64,000 nucleotides of DNA, taken from Podargus strigoides (Eukaryota). Below, one piece after another: positions 50,401 through 63,000 of this stretch (positions are counted from its first letter, which is position 1; every line of letters starts with the position of its first letter). A model generated the notes under the pieces. That model was not told where the DNA came from, did no database searches, and worked only from the letters and a program-made list of their open reading frames with translations. A program made the translations under genes and the position numbers. Location of the stretch: assembly GCA_028020825.1 (NCBI GenBank), contig CM051638.1:14400861-14464860 (forward strand), read 5' to 3'.

Positions 50401-53400
50401 CAGTGTTGGGGGACATCAGGTCTAGGGGGACACACAGAGTGGGTGAGGGAACAGTGCTGGGGGACAGCAGGCCTAGGGGCACACACGCAGTTGGTGAGGG
50501 AACCGTGCTGGGGGACAGGAGGCCTAGGGGGACACACACAGTGGGTGAGGGAACAGTTCTGGGGCAGAGCAGGCCTAGGGGGACACACAGAGTGGGTGAG
50601 GGAACAGTGCTGGGGGACTGCAGGCCTAGGGGGACACACACAGTGGTGTAGGGAACAGTGCTGGGTGACAGCAGGCCTAGGGGGACACACAGAGCGGGTG
50701 AGGGAACAGTGCTGGGGGACAGCAGGCCTAGGGGGACACACACAGTGGGTGAGGTTACAGTGCTGGGGGACTGCATTCCTAGGGGGACACACAGAGTGTG
50801 TGAGGGAACAGTGTTGGGGGACAGCAGGCCTAGGGGGACAGACAGAGTGGGTGAGGGAACAGTGCTGGGGGACAGCAGGCCTGGGGGGATACACACAGTG
50901 GGTGGGGAACCCGTACTGGGGGACAGCAGGCCTATGGGGACACACACAGTGGGTGAGGGAACAGTTTTGGGGGACAGCAGGCCTAGGGGACCCACACAGT
51001 GGGTGGGGAAACAGTGCTGGGGGACAGCAGGACTAGGGTGGCACACACAGTGGGTGAGGGAACAGTTTTGGGGGACAGCAGGCCTAGGGGGACACACAGA
51101 GTGGTTGAGGGCACAGTGGTGGGGGACAGAAGTCCTAGGGGGACACACAGAGTGGGTGAGGGAACTGTGCTTGGGGACAGCCGGCCTAGGGGGACACACA
51201 CACGGTGGGTGAGGGAACAGTGTTGGGGGACAGCAGGCCTAGGGGGACATACACAGTGGGTGCGGGAACAGTGCTGGAGGACAGCAGGCCTAGGGGGACA
51301 CACACCCTTGGTGAGGTTACAGTGCTGGTGGACTGCATGCCTAGGGGGACACACAGAGTGGGTGAGGGAACAGTGTTGGGGGACAGCAGGCCTAGGGGGA
51401 CACACACAGTGGGTGAGGGATTAGTGCTGGGGGACTGCAGGCCTAGGGGGACACACACAGTGGGTGAGGGAATAGTGCTGTGGGAGAGCAGGCCTAGGGG
51501 GACACACACAGTGGGTGAGGGATTAGTGCTGGGGGACTGCAGGCCTAGGGGGACACACACAGTGGGTGAGGGAACAGTGCTGCGGGACAGTAAGCCTAGG
51601 GGGATACACACAGTGGGTGGGGAACCCGTACTGGGGGACAGCAGGCCTAGGGGGACACACACAGTGGGTGAGGAAACAGTTTTGGCGGACAGCAGGCGTA
51701 GGGGGACACACACAGTGGGTGAGGGAACAATGTTGGGGGACAGCAGGCCTAGGGGGACCCACACAGTGGGTGGGGAAACAGTGCTGGGGGACAGCAGGCC
51801 TAGGGGGCACACACAGTGGGTGAGGGAGCAGTTTTGGGGGACAGCAGGCCTAGGGGGACACACAGAGTGGGTGAGGGAACAGTGGTGGGGGACAGCAGTC
51901 CTAGGGGGACACACAGAGCGGGTGAGGGAACTGTGCTTGGGGACAGCAGGCCTAGGGGGACACACACAGTGGGCGAGGGAACAGTGCTGGGGGACAGCAG
52001 GCCTAGGGGGACACACAGAGTGGGTGAGGAAACTGTGTTGGAGGACAGCAGTCCTAGGGGGACACACAGAGTGGGTGAGGGAAGAGTGCTGGGGGACAGC
52101 CGGCCTAGGGGGACCCACACAGTGGGTAAGGGAACATTGCTGGGGGACAGCCGGCCTAGGGGGACGAACACTGAGTGAGAGAACAGTGTTGGGGGACAGT
52201 AGGCCTAGGGGGACACACAGAGTGGATGAGGGAACAGTCCTGGGGGAATGCAGGCCAAGGGGGACACCCACAGTGGGTGAGGGAACAGTGCTGGGGGACA
52301 GCAGGCCTAGGGGGACACACACAGTGGGTGCGGGAACAGTGCTGGAGGACAGCAGGCCTAGGGGGACACACACAGTGGGTGAGGGAACAGTGTTAGGGGA
52401 CAGCAGGCCTAGGGGGACACACACAGTGGGTGAGGGAACAGTGTTGGGGGACAGCAGGTCTAGGGGGACACACAGAGTGGGTGAGGGAACAGTGCTGTGG
52501 GACAGGAGGCCTAGGGGGACCCACACAGTGGTGTAGGGAACAGTGCTGGGTGACAGCAGGCCTATTGGGACACACAGAGTGGGTGAGGGAACAGTGTTGG
52601 GGAACAGCAGGCCTAGGTGGACACACAGAGTGGGTGAGGGAACAGTGCTGGGGGACAGCAGGCCTAGGGGGACACACACAGTGGGTGAGGGAACAGTGCT
52701 GGGGCACAGCAGGCCTAGGGGGACACACAGAGTGGGTGAGGGAACAGTGGTGGGGGACAGCAGGCCTAGGGGGACACACACAGTGGGTGAGGGATTAGTG
52801 CTGGGGCACTGCAGTACTAGGGGGACACACAGAGTGGGTGAGGGAACAGTGCTGGGGGACAGCAAGCCTAGGGGGATACACACAGTGGGTGGGGAACCAG
52901 TGCTGGGGGACAGCAGGCCTAGGGGGACACACACAGTGGGTGAGGGAACAGTTTTGGGGGACAGGAGGCCTAGGGGGACACACACAGTGGGTGAGGGAAC
53001 AATGTTGGGGGACAGCAGGCCTAGGGGGACCCACACAGTGGGTGGGGAAACAGTGCTGGGGGACAGCAGGCCTAGGGGGGCACACACAGTGGGTGAGGGA
53101 ACAGTTTTGGGGGACAGCAGGCCTAGGGGGACACACACAGTGGGTGAGGGAACAGTGTTGGGGGACAGCAGGCCTAGGGGGACCCACACAGTGGGTTAGG
53201 GAACAGTGCTGGGTGACAGCAGGCCTAGGGGGACACACACAGTTGGTGAGGAAACAGTGTTGGGGGACAGCAGGCCTAGGGGGACACACAGAGTGGGTGG
53301 GGGAACAGTGGTGGGGGACAGCAGGCCTCGGGGGACACACAGAGTGTGTGAGGGAACAGTGCTGGGGGACAGCAGGCCTAGGGGGACACACAGAATGGGT

Positions 53401-55889
53401 GAGGAAACAGTGTTGGGGGACAGCAGTCCTAGGGGGACACACAGAGTGGGTGAGGGAAGAGTGCTGGGGGACAGCCGGCCTAGGGGGACCCACACAGTGG
53501 GTAAGGGAACATTGCTGGGGGACAGCAGGCCTAGGGGGACGCACACTGACTGAGAGAACAGTGTTGGGGGACAGTAGGCCTAGGGGGACACACAGAGTGG
53601 ATGAGGGAACAGTCCTGGGGGAATGCAGGCCTAGGGGGACACCCACAGTGGGTGAGGGAACAGTGCTGTGGGAATGCAGGCCTAGGGGGACACCCAGAGT
53701 GGGTCAGGGAACAGTGCTGGGGGACAGCACGCCTAGGGGGACACGCACAGTGGGTGCGGGAACAGTGCTGGAGGACAGGAGGCCTAGGGGGACACACACA
53801 GTGGGTGAGGGAAAAGTGTTGGGGGACAGCAGGCCTAGGGGGACACACACAGTGGGTGAGGGAACAGTGTTAGGGGACAGCAGGCCTAGGGGGACACACA
53901 TAGTGGGTGAGGGAACAGTGTTGGGGGACAGCAGGTCTAGGGGGACACACAGAGTGGGTGAGGGAACAGTGCTGTGGGACAGGAGGCCTAGGGGGACCCA
54001 CACAGTGGTGTAGGGAACAGTGCTGGGTGACAGCAGGCCTAGTGGGACACACAGAGTGGGTGAGGGAACAGTGTTGGGGGACAGCAGGCCTAGGGGGACA
54101 CACAGAGTGGGTGAGGGAACACTGCTGGTTGACAGCAGGCCTAGGGGGACACACGCAGTTGGTGAGGGAAACGTGCTGGGGGACAGCAGGCCTAGGGGGA
54201 CACACACAGTGGGTGAGGGAACAGTGTTGGGGGACAGCAGGCCTAGGGGGACACACACAGTGGGTGAGGAAAGAGTGCTGGGGCACAGCAGGCCTAGGGG
54301 GACACACACAGGGTATGAGGGATCAGTGTTGGGGCACAGCAGGCCTAGGGGGACACACAGAGTGGGTGAGGGAATAGTGTTGGGGAACAGCAGGCCTAGG
54401 GGGACACGCACAGTGGGTGAGGGAACAGTGCTGGGGGACAGCAGGCCTAGGGGGACACACACAGTGGGTGAGGAAACAGTTTTGGGGGACAGCAGGCCGA
54501 GGGGGACACACAGAGTGGGTTAGGGAACAGTGGTGGCGGATAGCAGGCCTAGGGGGACACACACAGTGGGTGAGGGAATAGTGCTGTGGGACAGCAGGCC
54601 TAGGGGGACCCACACAGTGGTGTAGGCAATAGTGCTGGGTGACAGCAGGCCTAGGGGGACACACAGAGCGGGTGAGGGAACAGTGCTGGGGGACAGCAGG
54701 CCTAGGGGGACACACAGAGTGGGTGAGGGAACACTGCTGGGGGACAGCAGGCCTAGGGGGACACACGCAGTTGGTGAGGGAACCGTGCTGGGGGACAGCA
54801 GGCCTAGGGGGACACACACAGTGGGTGAGGGAACAGTTCTGGGGCAGAGCAGGCCTAGGGGGACACACAGATTGGGTGAGGGAACAGTGCTGGGGGACAG
54901 CAGGCCTAGGGGGACACACACAGTGGTGTAGGGAACAGTGCTGGGTGACAGCAGGCCTAGGGGGACACACAGAACGGGTGAGGGAACAGTGCTGGGGGAC
55001 AGCAGGCCTAGGGGGACACACACAGTGGGTGAGGTTACAGTGCTGGGGGACTGCATTCCTAGGGGGACACACAGAGTGTGTGAGGGAACAGTGTTGGGGG
55101 ACAGCAGGCCTAGGGGGACACACAGAGTGGGTGAGGGAACACTGCTGGGGGACAGCAGGCCTAGGGGGACACACGCAGTTGGTGAGGGAACCGTGCTGTG
55201 CGACAGCAGGCCTAGGGGGACACACACAGTGGGTGAGGGAACTGTGCTGGGGCACAGCAGGCCTAGGGGGACACACAGAGTGGGTGAGGGAACAGTGCTG
55301 GGGGACAGCAGGCCTAGGGGGACACACACAGTGGGTGAGGGATTAGTGCTGGGGGACTGCAGGCCTAGGGGGACACACACAGTGGGTGAGGGAACAGTGC
55401 TGGGGGACAGCAGGCCTAGGGGGATACACACAGTGTGTGGGGAACCCGTACTGGGGGACAGCAGGCCTAGGGGGACACACACAGTGGGTGAGGGAACAGT
55501 TTTGGGGGACAGCAGGCCTAGGGGGACCCACACAGTGGGTGGGGAAACAGTGCTGGGGGACAGCAGGCCTAGGGGGGCACACACAGTGGGTGAGGGAACA
55601 GTTTTGGGGGACAGCAGGCCTAGGGGGACACACAGAGTGGGTGAGGGAACAGTGGTGGGGGACAGCAGTCCTAGGGGGACACACAGAGTGGGTGAGGGAA
55701 CTGTGCTTGGGGACAGCAGGCCTAGGGGGACACACACAGTGGGTGAGGGAACAGTGTTGGGGGACAGCCGGCCTAGGGGGGCATACTCAGTGGGTGATGG
55801 AACAGTGTTGGGGGACAGCAGGCCTAGGGGGACGAACACTGACTGAGAGAACAGTGTTGGGGGACAGTAGGCCTAGGGGGACACATAGA

Positions 55890-58800
55890 GTGGATGGGGG
55901 AACAGTCCTGGGGGAATGCAGGCGAAGGGGGACACCCACAGTGGGTGAGGGAGCAGTGCTGGGGGAATGCAGGCCTAGGGGGACACACGCAGTTGGTGAG
56001 GGAACCGTGCTGGGGGACAGCAGGCCTAGGGGGACACACACAGTGGGTGAGGGAACAGTGCTGGGGCAGAGCAGGCCTAGGGGGACACACAGAGTGGGTG
56101 AGGGAACATTGCAGGGGGACAGCAGGCCTATGGGGACACACGCAGTTGGTGAGGGAACCGTACTGGGGGACAGCAGGCCTAGGGGGACCCACACAGTGGG
56201 TGAGGGAACAGTGCTGGGGGACAGCAGGCCTAGGGGGACACACAGAGTGGGTGAGGGAACAGTGCTGGGGGACTGCATTCCTAGGGGGACCCACACAGTG
56301 TGTGAGGGAACAGTGTTGGGGGACAGCAGGCCTAGGGGGACACACAGAGTGGGTGAGGGAACACTGCTGGGGGACAGCAGGCCTAGGGGGACACACGCAG
56401 TTTGTGAGGGAACCGTGCTGGGGGACAGCAGGCCTAGGGGGACACACAGAGTGGGTGAGGGAAGAGTGCTGGGGGACAGCAGGCCTAGGGGGACACACAC
56501 AGTGGGTCAGGGATTAGTGCTGGGGGACTGCAGGCCTAGGGGGACACACACAGTGGGTGAGGGAACAATGTTGGGGGACCACAGGCCTAGGGGGACCCAC
56601 ACAGTGGGTGGGGAAACAGTACTGGGGGACAGCAGGCCTAGGGGGGCACACACAGTGGGTGAGGGAACAGTTTTGGGGGACAGCAGGCCTAGTGGGACAC
56701 ACAGAGTGGGTGAGGAAACAGTTTTGGGGGACAGCAGGCCTAGTGGGACACACAGAGTGGGTGAGGAAACAGTGTTGGGGGACAGCAGTCCTAGGGGGAC
56801 ACACAAAGTGGGTGAGGGAAGAGTGCTGGGGGACAGCCCTCTAGGGGGACCCACACAGTGGGTAAGTGAACATTGCTGGGGGACAGCAGGCCTAGGGGGG
56901 CATACTCAGTGGGTGAGGGAACAGTGTTGGGGGACAGCAGGCCTAGGGGGACGAACACTGACTGAGAGAACAGTGTTGGGGGACAGTAGGCCTAGGGGGA
57001 CACACAGAGTGGATGAGGGAACAATCCTGGGGGAATGCAGGCCAAGGGGGACACCCACAGTGGGTGGGGGAGCAGTGCTGGGGGAATGCAGGCCTAGGGG
57101 GACACCCAGAGTGGGTCAGGGAACAGTGCTGGGGGACAGCAGGCCTAGGGGGACATACACAGTGGGTGAGGGAACACTGCTGGGGGACAGCAGGCCTAGG
57201 GGGACACACACCCTTGGTGAGGTTACAGTGCTGTGGGACTGCATGCCTAGGGGGACACACAGAGTGGGTGAGGGAACAGTGTTGGGGGACAGCAGGCCTA
57301 CGGGACACACACAGTGGGTGAGGGAACAGTGTTGGGGGACAGCAGGCCTAGGGGGACACACAGAGTGGGTGAGGGAATAGTGCTGTGGGACAGCAGGCCT
57401 AGGGGGACCCACACAGTGGTGTAGGAAATAGTGCTGGGTGACAGCAGGCCTAGGGGGACACATACAGTGGGTGAGGGATTAGTGCTGGGGGACTGCAGGC
57501 CTAGGGGGACACACACAGTGGTTGATGGAACAGTTCTGGGGCAGAGCAGGCCTAGGGGGACACACAGAGTGGGTGAGGGAAGAGTGCTGGGGGACAGCAG
57601 GCCTAGGGGGACACACACAGTGGGTGAGGGATTAGTGCTGGGGGACTGCAGGCCTAGGGGGACACACACAGTGGTGTAGGGAACAGTGCTGGGTGACAGC
57701 AGGCCTATTGGGACACACAGAGCGGGTGAGGGAACACTGCTGGGGGACAGCAGGCCTAGCGGGACACACAGAGTGGGTGAGGTTACAGTGCTGGGGGACT
57801 GCATTGCTAGGGGGACACACAGAGTGGGTGAGGGAACACTGTTGGGGAACAGCAGGCCTAGGGGGCCACACAGAGTGGGTGAGGGAACACTGCTGGGGGA
57901 CTGCAGGCCTAGCGGGACACACACAGTGGGTGAGGGAACAGTGCTGGGGCACAGCAGGCCTAGGGGGACACACAGAGTGGGTGAGGGAACAGTGCTGGGG
58001 GACAGCAGGCCTAGGGGGACACACACAGCGGGTGAGGGATTAGTGCTGGGGGACTGCAGGCCTAGGCGGACACACACATTGGGTGAGGGAACAGTGTTGG
58101 GGGACAGCAGGCCTAGGGGGACCCACACAGTGGGGTAGGGAACCGTGCTGGGTGACAGCAGGCCTAGGGGGACACACACAGTTGGTGAGGGAACAGTGGT
58201 GGGGGACAGCAGGCCTACGGGGACACACAGAGTGGGTGAGGGAACACTGCTGGGGGACAGCAGGCCTTAGGGGACACACAGAGTGGGTGAGGGAACTGTG
58301 CTTGGGGACAGAAGGCCTAGGGGTACACACACAGTGGGTAAGCGAACATTGCTGGGGGACAGCAGGCCTAGGGGGACACACAGAGTGGGTGAGGGAACAG
58401 TGCTGGGGGACAGCAGGCCTAGGCGGACACACACAGTGGGTGAGGAAACAATGTTGCGGGACAGCAGGCCTAGGGGGACACACACAGTGGGTGAGGGAAC
58501 AGTGCTGGGGGACAGCGGCCTAGGGGGGCACACACAGTGGGTGAGGGAACAGTTTTGGGGGACAGCAGGCCTAGGGGGACACACAGAGTGGGTGAGGGAA
58601 CACTGCTGGGGGACAGCAGGCCTAGGGGGACACACGCAGTTGGTGAGGGAACCGTGCTGGGGGACAGCAGGCCTAGGGGGACACACACAGTGGGTGAGGG
58701 AACAGTGCTGGGGCAGAGCAGGCCTAGGGGGACACACAGAGTGGGTGAGGGAACATTGCTGGGGGACAGCAGGCCTATGGGGACACACGCAGTTGGTGAG

Positions 58801-60050
58801 GGAACCGTACTGGGGGACAGCAGGCCTAGGGGGACCCACACAGTGGGTGAGGGAACAGTGCTGGGGGACAGCAGGCCTAGGGGGACACACAGAGTGGGTG
58901 AGGGAACAGTGCTGGGGGACTGCATTCCTAGGGGGACCCACACAGTGTGTGAGGGAACAGTGTTGGGGGACAGCAGGCCTAGGGGGACACACAGAGTGGG
59001 TGAGGGAACACTGCTGGGGGACAGCAGGCCTAGGGGGACACACGCAGTTTGTGAGGGAACCGTGCTGGGGGACAGCAGGCCTAGGGGGACACACAGAGTG
59101 GGTGAGGGAAGAGTGCTGGGGGACAGCAGGCCTAGGGGGACACACACAGTGGGTCAGGGATTAGTGCTGGGGGACTGCAGGCCTAGGGGGACACACACAG
59201 TGTGTGAGGGAACAATGTTGGGGGACCACAGGCCTAGGGGGACCCACACAGTGGGTGGGGAAACAGTACTGGGGGACAGCAGGCCTAGGGGGGCACACAC
59301 AGTGGGTGAGGGAACAGTTTTGGGGGACAGCAGGCCTAGTGGGACACACAGAGTGGGTGAGGAAACAGTTTTGGGGGACAGCAGGCCTAGTGGGACACAC
59401 AGAGTGGGTGAGGAAACAGTGTTGGGGGACAGCAGTCCTAGGGGGACACACAAAGTGGGTGAGGGAAGAGTGCTGGGGGACAGCCCTCTAGGGGGACCCA
59501 CACAGTGGGTAAGTGAATATTGCTGGGGGACAGCAGGCCTAGGGGGGCATACTCAGTGGGTGAGGGAACAGTGTTGGGGGACAGCAGGCCTAGGGGGACG
59601 AACACTGACTGAGAGAACAGTGTTGGGGGACAGTAGGCCTACGGGGACACACAGAGTGGATGAGGGAACAATCCTGGGGGAATGCAGGCCAAGGGGGACA
59701 CCCACAGTGGGTGGGGGAGCAGTGCTGGGGGAATGCAGGCCTAGGGGGACACCCAGAGTGGGTCAGGGAACAGTGCTGGGGGACAGCAGGCCTAGGGGGA
59801 CATACACAGTGGGTGAGGGAACACTGCTGGGGGACAGCAGGCCTAGGGGGACACACACCCTTGGTGAGGTTGCAGTGCTGTGGGACTGCATGCCTAGGGG
59901 GACACACAGAGTGGGTGAGGGAACAGTGTTGGGGGACAGCAGGCCTACGGGACACACACAGTGGGTGAGGGAACAGTGTTGGGGGACAGCAGGCCTAGGG
60001 GGACACACAGAGTGGGTGAGGGAACAGTGCTGTGGGACAGCAGGCATAGG
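55890..60050. repeat. Tandem 2,647-bp duplication (55.9-57.4 kb matches 58.55-60.05 kb)
   Basis: Identical ORF pairs: 56507..56854 = 59154..59501, 56514..56804 = 59161..59451, 56557..56844 = 59204..59491, 56943..57308 ≈ 59590..59955 and 57013..57321 ≈ 59660..59968. Confidence 0.65.
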
Positions 60051-63000
60051 GGGACCCACACAGTGGTGTAGGGAACAGTGCTGGGTGACAGCAGGCCAAT
60101 TGGGACACACAGAGTGGGTGAGGGAACACTGCTGTGGGACAGCAGGCCTAGCGGGACACACAGAGTGGGTGAGGTTACAGTGCTGGGGGACTGCATTCCC
60201 AGGGGGACACACGCAGTTGGTGAGGAAAGCATGCTGGGGGACAGCAGGCCTAGGGGGACACACACAGTGGGTGAGGGAACAGTGCTGGGGCACAGCAGGC
60301 CTAGGGGGACACACAGAGTGTGTGAGGGAACAGTGCTGGGGGACAGCAAGCCTTGGGGGATACACACAGCGGGTGGGGAACCAGTGCTGGGGGACAGCAG
60401 GCCTAGGGGGACCCAAACAGTGTGGTAGGGAACAGTGCTGGGTGACAGCAGGCCTAGGGGGACACATACAGTTGGTGAGGGAACAGTGGTGGGGGACAGC
60501 AGGCGTAGGGGGACACACAGAGTGGGTGAGGGAACAGTGCTGGGGGACAGCAGGCCTTAGGGGACACACAGAGTGGGTGAGGGAACTGTGCTTGGGGACA
60601 GCAGGCCTAGGGGGACACACACAGTGGGTGAGGGAACAGTGCTGGGGAGCAGAAGGCCTAGGGGGACACACACAGTGGGTGAGGGAAGAGTGCTGGGGGA
60701 CAGCCGGCCTAGGGGGACCCACACAGTGGGTAAGCGAACATTGCTGGGGGACAGCAGGCCTAGGTGGGCATACTCAGTGGGTGAGGGAACAGTGCTGGGG
60801 GACAGCAGGCCTAGGGGGACACACACAGTGGGTGAGGGAACAGTGTTGCGGGACATCAGGTCTAGGGGGACACACAGAGTGGGTGAGGGAACAGTGCTGG
60901 GGGACAGCAGGCCTAGGGGGATACACACAGTGGGTGAGGTTACAGTGCTGGGGGACTGCATTCCTAGGGGGACACACAGAGTGTGTGAGGGAACAGTGCT
61001 GGGGCACAGCAGGCCTAGGGGGACACACACAGTGGGTGAGGGAACAGTTTTGGGGGACAGCAGGCCTAGGGGGACACACACAGTGGGTGAGGGAACAGTG
61101 TTGGGGGACAGCAGGCCTAGGGGGACACACACAGTGGGTGAGGGAACAGTGTTGGGGGACAGCAGGCCTAGGGGGACCCACACAGTGGGGTAGGGAACAG
61201 TGCTTGGGGACAGCAGGCCTAGGGGGACACACAGAGTTTGTGAGGGAACAGTGCTGGGGGACAGCAGGCCTAGGGGGACACACACAGTGGGTGAGGGAAC
61301 AGTTTTGGGGGACAGCAGGCCTAGGGGGACACACACAGTGGGTGAGGGAACAGTGTTGGGGGACAGCAGGCCTAGGGGGACCCACACAGTGGGGTAGGGA
61401 ACAGTGCTGGGTGACAGCAGGCCTAGGGGGACACACACAGTTGGTGAGGGAACAGTGGTGGGGGACTGCAGGCCTAGGGGGACACACAGAGTGGGTGAGG
61501 GAGCAGTGCTGGGGGACAGCAGGCCTTAGGGGACACACAGAGTGGGTGAGGGAACTGTGCTTGGGGACAGCAGGCATAGGGGGACCCACACAGTGGTGTA
61601 GGGAACAGTGCTGGGGAGCAGCAGGCCTAGGGGGACACACACAGTGGGTGAGGGAAGAGTGCTGGGGGACAGTAGGCCTAGGGGGACCCACACAGTGGGT
61701 AAGGGAACATTGCTGGGGGACAGCAGGCCTAGGGGGGCATACTCAGTGGGTGAGGGAACAGTGCTGGGGGACAGCAGGCCTAGGGGGACACACAGAGTGG
61801 GTGAGGGAACAGTGCCGTGGGACAGCAGGCCTAGGGGGACACACACAGTGGGTGAGGAAACAATGTTGGGGGACAGCAGGCCTAGGGGGACACACACAGT
61901 GGGTGAGGGAACAGTGCTGGGGGACAGCGGCCTAGGGGTACACACACAGTGGGTGAGGAGACAGTGTTGGGCGACAGCAGGCATAGGGGACATACAGAGT
62001 GGGTGAGGGAACAGTGTTGGGGGACAGCAGGCCTAGGGGGACGCACACTGTGTGAGGGAACAGTGTTGTGGGACAGCAGGACTAGGGGGACGCACACTGG
62101 GTGCGGGGACAGTGTTGGGGCACAGCAGTCCTTGGGGGACACACAGAGTGGGTGAGGGAACAGTGCTGCGGGAATGCAGGCCTAGGGGGACACCCGCAGT
62201 GGGTGAGGGAAGAGTACTGGGGAACAGCAGGTCTAGGGGGACACACAGAGTGGGTGAGGGAACAGTGCTGTGGGACAGGAGGCCTAGGGGGACCCTCACA
62301 GAGGTGTTGGGAACAGTGTTGGGTGACAGCAGGCCTAGGGGGACACACAGAGCGGGTGAGGGAACAGTGCTGGGGGACAGCAGGCCTAGGGGGACACACA
62401 CAGTGGGTGAGGTTACAGTGCTGGGGGATTGCATGCCTAGGTGGACACACAGAGTGGGTGAGGGAACAGTGTTGGGGGACAGCAGGCCTAGGGGGACACA
62501 CAGAGTGGGTGAGGGAACACTGCTGGGGGACAGCAGGCCTAGGGTGACACACGCAGTTGGTGAGGGAACAGTGTTGGGGGACAGCAGGCCTAGGGGGACA
62601 CACACAGTGGGTGAGGGAACAGTGCTGGGGCACAGCAGGCCTAGGGGGACAAACAGAGTGGGTGAGGGAACACTGCTGGTTGACAGCAGGCCTAGGGGGA
62701 CACACGCAGTTGGTGAGGGAACCGTGCTGGGGGACAGCAGGCCTAGGGGGACACACACAGTGGGTGAGGGAACAGTGTTGGCGGACAGCAGGCCTAGGGG
62801 GACACACACAGTGGGTGAGGAAAGAGTGCTGGGGGACAGCAGGCCTAGGGGGACACACACAGGGTGTGAGGGATCAGTGTTGAGGCACAGCAGGCCTAGG
62901 GGGACACACAGAGTGGGTGAGGGAATAGTGTTGGGGAACAGCAGGCCTAGGGGGACACGCACAGTGGGTGAGGGAATAGTGCTGGGGAACAGCAGGCCTT

